Position numbers and translations under genes: made by a program. DNA of 64,000 nt, taken from positions 9,360,287 through 9,424,286 of the forward strand of contig OZ316899.1 of the NCBI GenBank assembly GCA_973895155.1, written 5' to 3'. The notes under the pieces are model-generated. The model was not told where the DNA came from, did not search any database, and was given only the letters and a program-made list of their open reading frames with translations. This document shows positions 12,665 to 23,235 of this stretch, piece after piece. Source of the stretch: Marsupella aquatica. Taxonomy: Eukaryota > Plantae > Marchantiophyta. How positions within the stretch are numbered: position 1 is the stretch's first letter; every line of letters begins with the position of its first letter.

Positions 12665-15600
12665 CACGCGTGCCATACCCCATAATGTGGCCGCCAATCT
12701 GAACACTTCAGCTGGACTAACTCCCAATGCCAACATATCTGTTGCTGAAAATAATGGGGTGCACACAATGTTTGTGGCCGCCCCCAGCAAGGTACTTGCC
12801 ATCCCTGCTACAACATCATCTGAATCTACCAACTTATCCACACTTGGATTTATCTGAACCAGATTCATAGAGGTAGTTTGAGCTGCCTCTAACAATGTAA
12901 ACAATTGGGGAAGCTTTGTTTGTCGATGAGCCTCCCCCCTTTGAGGATCCAGCTCTACCATTGCTCCTCGGGGCTCAAGGGCTTTGGTTTCTCCTCGAAT
13001 CAAAAATGCCGATGCATCAACATGGGCAGTGCCACACATGAATCCCATGGTGGCCAAGTCTCCGTCAGCTCCATAAGATGTAGAAGCTCCATCACCAGAA
13101 GTAGGTCTAACCTAAGAACTGGCCATGGCAACTAGTTGTTGCTCCAATTGAGCAATCTTTGCATCCTTTGGATCTATGATAGTGGCAGGAGCATCACCTT
13201 GTTGTCTCCCTGCATGTGGCATGTGGAATGGCTTGATATAGATTTATGTAAAAAACTTGTTTTTGCTTTTTGAACAAGGAATAGTAAGAAAGACGTTTTA
13301 GTGTTAGCAAAGTATTTAGAGTTTGCAACCCTAAGTAACTAGGGAAGGCTAGTAGGAAATAATGTAAGGGAGAAGATATGATGTTTCAAGAAAGTTTCAA
13401 GGGATAACTAAGGTCTTTATGGTAGGGCAGCAAATGTTCCATCCTTAGTTAGAATAGGCGACTAAATTGGGCCGGAAAATGACCTGACACTTGAAGTCTT
13501 AGTTTTTGTTAAAGATTTTTCCTATAGGTGCTAGGAGGTTTTTAGAGCACCCTTGTGAAGTATGACGTCAAGTGGGGTCTCAACCTAGGGTTTCCTTGTG
13601 TTTTGGAGGGACTTAAATTAACAAAATAGCGAGTCTCGGGAAAAATAGCTGATGGAAAAGGTAGGGGTTCCAAGTTGGAAAGTAGGTTAAATATGGTCCA
13701 CTCTATCCCTGGAAACTTGTGGGAGAACATGGTTACCTTTGGTTATTTTTTGGGGCGATCCAAATTTTTTGGAAAACATAAGAATTAACCCTCTTTATGT
13801 CTAGAAAATTTGTAGATCTACTTAGAAGTCATTTTGGACTCATGTGTGATTTTTTGGGGCGATCCAAAACGGCCTGGAAATAGTGTTTTTCCAACAACAA
13901 AATCCAAAAAAATTCTAAGTGTCAACCGCATCGGCGGCAACCACGACTTAAGCACGAGGCCGGGGAGACTCAAGCACAAGGTCAGGAACACCATAAGGGT
14001 CAATACATAAGATGCTTGCTTCAAATTGGGATCAAGAGGCAGCTACAAAATTGAATTGAGCTGGTATAGCTTCAGGCATGGGATGCTGATCAGAATTGGC
14101 TGCCTGCCTCGATGCTGCTGATTGGAATAGAGCTGCTTGCTATGGAGAGATAGGCTGCTGCTGATCAAGAGATGACTGGCTGGCTGTGAGCTATGGTGGG
14201 CTACGAAATTGAAGGGTTGGCAGCTGATTAGACTGACTGCTGCACCAGAATTAGAAGAGCTAGTTTCAAGCATGAGATGTTGAGTGTGGGCTGATTAGTA
14301 AGTATGTTGCAAGCTCAATAGTGTTGCTGCTCTGCTAGCTATGAAGTTGAGAAGGGTGAGCTATGGCTGGCTGCTGGAGAATAGAGCTAGACTACTAGCA
14401 AATTGATTGAATGTAGTAGCAAAAGGACCAGCTACAAGGAAGAAATTAAGAGGGCTAGCTGCGAATTGGTGGGCTATGGCTGCTGCAAAATTCTGCTGCA
14501 ATTTTGAATCACTTGCAAGGATGGATGGCTATGGAGGTGGACTGAGAAGGCTGCTGCAAACCTGGTTGAACTGTTGATTGACCTGCTGCCATTTGAATCC
14601 AACAGAGAATGTTGTCGTTTCAAATTGAATTCAAGAGAGAGGAAAATGGCTGCGAAAATTGATGTCCTTATCAAATTCTTCATAAGAAACGTGAGTATAA
14701 TGAGAGTACTCTCCCCTGGTGACACCTGGAATCTCCATAAGGGGCGTGTAAAGAGTAAGTGTAATCGGGTCGCTGCTTACACCAGCTTTACACCAAAAAC
14801 AAGCCTTGGGAGAATGGGCATAACTTTGGCTAGGGGTATCCGTTGGGGCCCAATTGTTTTTGTGCTGAGTTAGGGGAAGGTAAGGCACCCCTTGGTGAAG
14901 TTGTAAACCCAGAAAAAGAACCACCCAAATGTATTTTTAGCCGAGGCCGCGAGGGGTCCCGATAGCTTGCAAACCGGAGCCGACATAGCGGAATGAACAC
15001 CAGATTTAAGGACTGACTTTTCTCGCACCCATACCACTTTAGTTAGGCTCTAGGGAAGGGTACTTACCTTTGGTCAAAGTTGTAAGGCCATCAAATTAAG
15101 AGATGTAAGTATAGGGGGTAGTTTACTTAGGGTAGTAAAAGGGTTACAAGTAAAATAAGGCCAACTTTGACTAGGCATAACTTGAGACTCACTCACTCTT
15201 TTTGCAAGCTTTCAAGTGGGTTGGAAAGCTGGTGAGGAGGACCATAAGCGAGAGCAGGTTTGGAGGTCAAAGGATACAACTCATGTGTGGCATATTCCAG
15301 GGCTTGGAAGGAGGCAAAATATCAAGTAGTAGGTGTAGTTTGCTATGAAGAACCAAAAATACATTTAAAGGTCTCCAAACTCGGTATTCGTTCCCGTAAT
15401 GAACAAGATGGGGTTGGTTTGATAATTTTAAACAACAATAATAGACTTAAGATGTTTTCCACACATAGTAATCAGGTTTGATTACTTTACTAAGGTATTT
15501 TGAAGATAGCTCCACAGCGGTGAGTAGTTTTTAATGGTAACTCGGCATTGTATAAACATAAATTAATAAAAGGAAATGATTAACAAAACACAAGGGAAAA

Positions 15601-16247
15601 TATCTTAAAATATTCTAATGGAGTCTGGAATTGACCAAGGTTGCTTCTTAGACATAAGTCAAAATGAAAAGACTTAAGGATTCAAATCCATATTGCTTTT
15701 CAGATCTAATGTGCTTACTAGAGTACTCTTTTAAAGTGTCGTCAACACGTCTTGTCTTTTCTTTCTAAGTGGTACTCAGACAAGATCTAAAAGGGTGAGT
15801 ACTTCAACATTTAGATGGTACTAAGCAACATGAAAAAAAATCCATCAATTTCAATAAGACTTCAAACTCAATGAGTTAACTTCAAGAACTTAGGAAATTG
15901 CAATGAGTCACCAAAGAGAAATCTGTCATTACAACATCCAAAGATTTTGCACAAATAGATTTTACTTCCCGTGTTTATAAACAAAGGTACAAACACAAGA
16001 AGGAGGTAAGACTCTCCTGTTGCTAAATCTGATCTTGAACTCATAGATTCATGATCAATGGGTTTAACACAAGGAAGAGGCAAAAATGCATAACTTAACC
16101 ATAACTACACTAGTGGTAGAGGGGTCTTATAGTAAGAATCTACAAAGTGAAAGGTCATAGGGTTGAAGAGACATGCCTCTTCATACCCCTCAAAAAGTTA
16201 AAATGGCGATTCAGTAAGTGAAAAGCCGGAAAACTGGCTAAGTATGA

Positions 16248-16372
16248 ACTCGTAAACTAGTAAAAACGTAAAGTCGTAAAGACACTAACTCGTAATCGTC
16301 TATCTATCAGAAACTCGTAAGTAATAAACTAGTAACTCGTAAAAGCTTAAGTCATAACTCATAACTCGTAAT
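16248..16372. repeat. ACTCGTAA/ACTAGTAA motif cluster (second cluster 19187-19272)
   Basis: Many copies of aactcgtaa / aactagtaa on either side of the ORF. Confidence 0.85.
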
Positions 16373-16580
16373 TGCGATACAACTAAAAACTTATCAAATT
16401 CAACTATTTTTTACTTCCTAAGTATAAGTCAGAAAACTCTGAGATTTTGCCAGCAGGCTTTCCTAAGTACAGACTATATGCTGAAAAGGTATGACAGCTT
16501 TTAAAGCTTTAGAACACATTTATAAAAATCAGATGAGATGTACTACTCCTAAAACTAACTAGAAATGCCTAGACTCTGCC

Positions 16581-19001
16581 TTAGTCTTGTTGTTGAATGT
16601 CATGTGGTTTGAGAAGCTTCACAAATGTAACAGTCCCTGACTGGGTAACCTCCATGAGTTCGGCTTGACGTGGTGATCCTCGAGAATAGGGCAGGCATCT
16701 TAGTTGTCTCTCAGGATACATCAGAGGCATTCTCTTCATTAAGTAGCATGAATCTATACGAAGTGCCTCTCGGTAAATGCCAATCACATCATAGTGATTA
16801 CAGGTAGCAGTGTAAACCTGAGGATAGTGAGATAGGAAATCTTCGGTCCTCATCATTCTAGAATAGAAAGGACGAAGTCTCCAAGTAACATCCTTAAAGT
16901 ACCGGTTGAACTTGGCTAGGGTTTGAGTGGTGACATTATTCCATATTCTCTGTTTCTCGGCTAAAGTGCTAGTCGAGACCAACTCAACCTTTGGTTCCTG
17001 AGGGATGTAGTTGTTCTAACAAGAAGTGGTCTTCTTACTTTGCATGAGAAAGGAAATCACAAAGTCCAAGGCATAGGCTGCAAAATTTCCAAAGTATGCC
17101 AAGACTAAGTCAGGATCCTCCACTTCTACATCACCTTGTAGCAGCATTACAGCCAGTATGGGTCGGAAGTAAACAGAGTCGGTCCAAAACTCATCAAACT
17201 GTGCCATCTCCACTCTAGAAGCACTATGAGACCTAAGATCAAAAATGTAGCTTGCCTCAGTTTTCTTCAGGTAACAGTATCTCCAGAATTCTCCAACTGG
17301 CGGCTTGTTAGCATCCATTATTTTACAAGTGTCCACATACCTCTGTAGTTGGGATTCAGGAAGTCTGGGGTACCTTCTCTCAATGGTAGCATTCCTGGGA
17401 GTCTGAGTAGAGGATGTGACAACTGCCACTAGGTTTGGGTTCGATCTTAGAGCTACATCAACATCCTCAAATCCCTGCCTTGGTGAAGACTCAAGTGAGT
17501 TATCATAAGATCGATAAGTTTCATTATATGAAGGCGGGTCAAAGTCATAAGAGAGGTCCCGGCTAACAGAAGGATCTTTAGGTTGTGCCCGAGTAAAGAT
17601 AGGTCCATCAGTGGGTTCATAATTGGAATCAGGACTATAGGGACAAGGATCTGGATTATGAGGAATTTTAGCAACTGGGGAGTTCTTAATTAAGTTGCTA
17701 ACAACAAAGACTATCTCCTTAGGTTCACACTAGAGCATTTCCAGTAGGTCATCTACAACTGCAACATAGCTTATGTTTCCCATTTCCGAGACAGGTTCAC
17801 ACTGTTCTGTAAGGGGATTCTGTTGTGTGATAGGAGTGAGGTTAACAAATTCTTCTGGTTCCGAACCCCCTATAGGTGAAGTTACTCTGATAGGAGTCAA
17901 TTGATCTGGAAAAGGTGATGGTAAACTAACTGACTCATTTCTCAAGTCACTAACCACATTATAAAGCTCAGCATCACTACAACCAAAGAGAGAGGTTAAC
18001 TTATTGATGAGTTGCTGATTAAACTTAGCCTTCAAAAAAGTAGTCGAACTGGTCCTAAGGATGAAAGCAATAGTTGGTTTAGCAACATCTTCTTGTTGCT
18101 CAAAGAAGTCCTCGTCTTCTTCAGCTACAGGTTGTTCTCCCATGCTGACTTCTCTTGAGTACACCTGGTTATTTAGAGGATGTTGGACAAGCTCCAAGTT
18201 GTGTTCAGGCAAAGCCTCAAGACCTCCCATAGATGCATTTTCTATATCCATATCAACATTCTCATCATTGGAATTCAGGGGAATGGCATCCACTGGTTCT
18301 TCCACATCAATTTCTTCCTCAATGCCCATCTCGATCAGAAGTAACTCCCTTTTTGTTCTCTCCTCTGGATGTAGACAGTCATGAGCCTAGTAGAGTTGAG
18401 ATAAATAAACTTGCAGGTAAGTGGGTCTGTCTGCCTTCATACTTCTCACTTGATCTTTCATCACATTAAAAATCAACAATGCCCAATTCACTTGGATGAC
18501 TCCACTGTGAGCAGCTACAATAGTATTCACCAAAGCCACAGGGCAGATAGTTGGCTTTTTCGGATGAAGAATTGGTACTAAAAATTCCAGGGGGACTCTC
18601 AGATCCGGATAAGTACATTGTGTCAAATTCCAGCCATTAGTAAGATTGCGAATTCCTGAGAAGTATGGGGTAGACAAATCCTTCTTCTTTGAATACAATC
18701 CTTCTCCTTTTGAGGGGCAGCGGAAGGCATAGGCAATTTGCTCCACAGTCCATAAACTTGGTCAAGCTCTAATGGTTTGTCGGAATTCAGGAGCAATCAG
18801 TGATCCTTTCACGAAATCCTGTAAATACGAGTGAAGCTCTACATTCCAAGGAATTGAGAGTAGATGTTCTAGTCCGATCTGCTGTAATGATGTTCTTAAA
18901 TTTGCGCAACTGTTGGGCGCCTGAGGAATTTGAGCTACTACACTCTTAGGAATTTCCAAAGCGTCAACACGGTTTTGCTCATCAGTGCCCAGGTCAGCCA
19001 T
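16581..19001 (-). pseudogene. Single ~806-codon LTR-internal ORF (PMD-like N-terminus, acidic linker, unknown conserved C-terminal domain) with 4 in-frame stops
   Basis: Track ORFs starting 19001, 18746, 18329, 17429 and 16982 are all in one frame; I translated the largest gap (17430-17729) and it is open. Confidence 0.82.
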
Positions 19002-20508
19002 AGCTCTAATCTGTTCTGTCGAGTGCGCAAAGAAGTGGGGAGCTCAAGAGAGGTGATGAAGGAGGCAGGGAAGTAATCAGGAGTGAGCGCCTAAGTCCTA
19101 CATTGCCTTCCCTTCAATGCGCGCTCTTCGTCCGTTGTGGAGTTCCGTTGAACTAGCCGTAAGATGTCGCTATCACAGGGTCGCCAACTCGTAAGGCGTA
19201 ACTCGTAAACTCTTAAGTCCTAACTCGTAAACCAGTGAACTAGTAAACTAGTAAACTGAGTTTACTCGTAACTTAGGAACCCTTAACTTTGAATGTTGTT
19301 TACAGTTATAGTTAGCAACAATTGCAGTCTAAACACCATTTTTTTTAATTTAAATTCAGTTTCTTCATGCTTTTGGAATTACCCACTACTTACAGTAGGG
19401 TGGGCTATGAACTATAGAGTTGGACTTTGTGTGTTAAGAGTCCGACTTGGGGGAAGTATAGTTGGACCCCAGGTTAAGCTTGGTGTAGTGTGGAAGGAGA
19501 ATAGTATAAAAGGAGGAGTTTTCCTTTGTTAGGGACCGGGAGTCTCATCTCTTAAGTGGAATCTCTACCTTGCCAAGGTAGGGCTAAGCTTGAGAACTCA
19601 AGGGAGAGGTGGTCCATGCTTAGTGTGGAGAATGTGTAGTAAACTTTTGCTGTAAAGATGATGCAATAAAAGGAGACTGGTGGAAAGCATGATTGAGGGG
19701 TAGATAAAAAGGATCTTCAAAGTCTCCACCAAAAGGAGTGAGTCCTCATGATTTTTGCAATAAATTGGGGGGTGTTACACTCAAGGGCCAAGATGTAGAA
19801 GGACCAAATCAAAGGCTGGATTTGAATATCAATCAAAAATATATTCATTTGGACCGGTTGAAGTACAGCCTATGCGTAATTCCTATCTTGGACTTTAGCA
19901 AGGACGACGTATAAATGTTCTCCTTGGATCCCGTGACATTGAATAGAGCAAGTTGCTGCTCGCAGTGTGTTTGAATACAAGGACTCATAGTCGATGCTTT
20001 TGAAAACAAGGACTAAAGTGGGCAAGGACTCATAGTCGATGTTTGAAATTGATCGTGGATTTTGTTCTAAGCACAAGTTAGACTTGAATTGTCTTGGGAC
20101 GGGCAAGCACCAACAGCAAAGGGCTTAGGGGTTAGGGATGGCTATGGTGGTCAATTACTTATTGAAGGAGCTTGCGCCATACACACGCAATGTGAGAGCT
20201 GAGTTGTTGGGGATGGGGCATAGTTGGATAGTTGAAGCTTTGGATCGGGAGTTGATAATTCATCATGGAAGTTTGATTTACAGCAATGCATCTTGGAGAT
20301 TGCCCATAGGAGGAGCACTGTGATTGAAGCGTTGGTGGACCTCGGGCGATTGTTGAGCTTTGCCATGGTGCTTGCAGGATCAAATGGGTAGGCAATTTTA
20401 GAAGTATTGGCCTAGTATCAGGTAGAATCTGAATCCTCAAATGCTTCGCATCCCGCTTTCAATACCTCCCAAGTTTTGTCTAGTACTTGATGCGGTGCTT
20501 GACATTGA

Positions 20509-23235
20509 ATGGCCAGTCTTGCTAAAGTCCACAACGCCCTAGCAAGAGAGGGATCAGAAAGGCAAAACCTTAGCAAACGCAAGTCCTATTGTAATAGGCA
20601 GCAACGGATCACCGATGGACAATCGATTGCACATGGTGGTAATAGTAACGATGTGGCTGGACAGGGTTTGTTGGAAGATGCACGAAACAAATGCCAGCAA
20701 ATGATTTCATCTGCTGAGAATGAAGCAAGTAGACTTCGTGCAGAGGCTTCCCAAGAGGTTGCCAACGTCATAGTGAATGCAAGTACACAAGCTATTTGCA
20801 TCGTATAGTCTATACAATTACAATATGACAAATTGATACAAAGAAGACACACTCTCCGCAATCGCATAGGGCGTCAAGAAGCACGTCTTTGGTCCTTAGA
20901 TGGGCAACTTCTTGGTGAGAGCATGCATGGCCAAACTTCATAGCTACAGCAGGAGAGTTCAGCTTTGAGGCAAGCAAACTGTCAATCCTCTGCTTCAACA
21001 GAATTTAGAGCACGAGATGCTCAAAGGAAGCGAGCAGCATATTGGAAGAAAAAGGGTAATACACGCACAGAGGCTTGGCAATGTGGGTCTGCTGGTGATT
21101 TAGAAGATGAATTGAATTCCAATAGGAGAACACGAAGTGTTCAGTCTTAGGTGTCTGTGGCGGTGACATCGATCCATCCTGAGTAGATTGGACAAATGTA
21201 ATTTGTCTGCAAGGAAGCTATTTTTCACTAAGTTTATGCTCCATCCTTCCTTGAAGAAGTACCTCCCTACAGTTTTTGGCACTCGTCCGAGAGATGTAGC
21301 AATACTTGCTGCAATTGCTGACCTAAAGAATTGCTTGCAAAAAGTGAAGACTGCAAAGCGGAAAGACCATCTAGGTGCAACGTAGATCTTGACAGTTGCA
21401 TTGGCAAGCTAGGCCACAATAGTGAATAGGTATTAGACTTCAGTGGCTGGGGCTTTGGGTATCAAACGGCAAATCATATATAAAGCGTCAAGAAGGAGGA
21501 AGTCCATAGATTCCAATTGTTCGATAAGGTTTCCAATGGGGGGAAGGAAAGTGAGAAGCGAAAAAAATTCAGCTGAAGTCCAAAGAATTGTGGAAAAGTT
21601 TTGGGAATCAAATACTCGAATCTCTCCTTGCGCCAAGGACAAGGCTAGACTAAGATTGAGTAGAAATGTGTACGAGGAGCATCAGGTGCATTGGCTGGAG
21701 GATACCCAGGTTAGATTTTGTTAATTTGTCATTATCAATGACATTCAAATAGGGCTTACAATAGGGTACAAGAGCTTTCATGTTCATCAGTAAGCGATTT
21801 GAACTCTACTGCATCTTTGTTTACAATGATTGAATATGTTTTGAAGCAAGGCTTGCATCTTTTTCAGGTGGAGTTTTTTCTGAAATTCCAGGAGTTTTGC
21901 AGCATAGACGGGAATGGAGTTCATGTAGGATTCAGGTCTTTTCAGTATATGAAGCCTTACTACATTCGTCCTATGAAAGACAGAAACGTTTGTAACGTTG
22001 CTGTAAGCAACATGTTGAAATGGACCTCTTGAAGGAGGCAATCAACAAATTCAGGAAGCATTAACACAGTAAGCATTGCTCTTGTGATTGCCCCATTTGC
22101 ACATCAGTTGATGCTCCTTTGCAGAGTTGTGTAGCTTCTAGAACAACAATAACATTTGTACGGGGCTGGATAGAGGGAGCTCTTTCTCCAAGAGCTGAGG
22201 GGAAGCAGTGGCATGGAAAGAAATGTATCATGGGTTCCTGTAAGAATTGTGGTGTCAACAAGTTGGATTGGTGTACATCTGAGTTAGATCTAGTTGACAA
22301 GCAATTTATTGAGTGGGCGACATTTCAGTATTTGGAGTTAGACGAGAAAGCCCAGCAAAAGAGAGAGAAGAAAAAAGGAACAGACGAGAGTGCTACAAAA
22401 AAGTCAAAATGGTTGAGAATGGTGTTTAAGAGAACTTCAATGGGTGAATTCATAACTAGTGGATGAGGGAATTACTTTACATGTACATCCACTCATTCCA
22501 GATTGTGTTTTAAGCTGAAGTTTCCTATAGTAAATTTGTTGTTCTATATTGATTCATCCAAGTTTCATTTCCTAAGATGAGTACTATGGTGTGTGCTTTT
22601 AGGATGCCCTTGGAGGCCACATAAAGCAAGGGATTGAGAGAGAACAGCTGAAGGGAATCCATGTACATCGATTGGAGAATGCCCATGATGTGGTTTTGTT
22701 CTGCAAGGAAAAATTTGCTATGGGCCAAGAAAAGGAGTATGGAGACGTCCAACTTGTTTGACGCCTGTTTTGGGAGATTCCAATGGGAGCAGTCAATCGC
22801 AAGAAGAAATGGGACTGTGATCCTATCCCAGGTTCCCGATCCTTACACTGCTTTGATGGATTTAGTAACCGCCTATCAACTCTCCTTCAAGTCAGAGAAC
22901 TTTGTTGTTTCTGTCTCCATTGCTTAGATGATGAACCTTTGCAATGTGAGAATATAAGTTGGGCTGGACAGTTTAAGCTCGTCATGGTGAACGGAGTCCT
23001 GCCAAGTGATGTGAGAACTGATGTGGAAGAAATGGGAGTGGGGGAAGGACTGTACCAATGGGAGGATGGGCTGCTGGCCGAATTGGTTCAACAAGGTGAC
23101 TTCTTTGTAATGAAGGCTGAGATAGGTAACAAGTGGAATGTGGACTTCTACATTCTTCAATGTGAGCAGACTTTGCACACCGTGAAGAAGAGTTTCAAGG
23201 ACTCGTATGGAGAGGAATTTAACGAGGGTGATTTA
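20509..23235 (+). pseudogene. Sola2-like transposase, decayed; C-terminal tail continues at 38779-38988
   Basis: ORF fragments match 48948-52434; many stops; catalytic core deleted. Confidence 0.82.

Larger units (their letters stand above)
10441..13221 (-). mobile_element. Fragment of an LTR-retrotransposon polyprotein: gag C-terminus, aspartic protease, C5 DNA methyltransferase
   Basis: ORF pieces ending at 12461, 11609, 11369 and 10952 share one frame. The 13057 piece joins that frame (..MARVT|PTLCE..) after removing a 320-bp insertion. Confidence 0.8.
15334..19394 (-). mobile_element. 4.06-kb solo LTR carrying a long ORF (coding-LTR family B, copy 2, diverged)
   Basis: Begins TGTAG, ends CTTACA, perfect TSD GTAGG (15329-15333, 19395-19399). 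Left end resembles 1221-1300. Confidence 0.85.
13222..19678. repeat. Non-coding, probably LTR-like sequence hosting two later insertions; right end not seen
   Basis: Starts TGTGG where gag homology ends; no ORF; continuous across the 15334-19394 insertion; cut by the Sola2-like TIR at 19679. Confidence 0.4.

Noticed and set aside
19765-19779. GGGGGGTGTTACA as an LTR end
   Set aside because: It lies 100 bp inside the Sola2-like TIR, is present in both copies and has no matching TSD.
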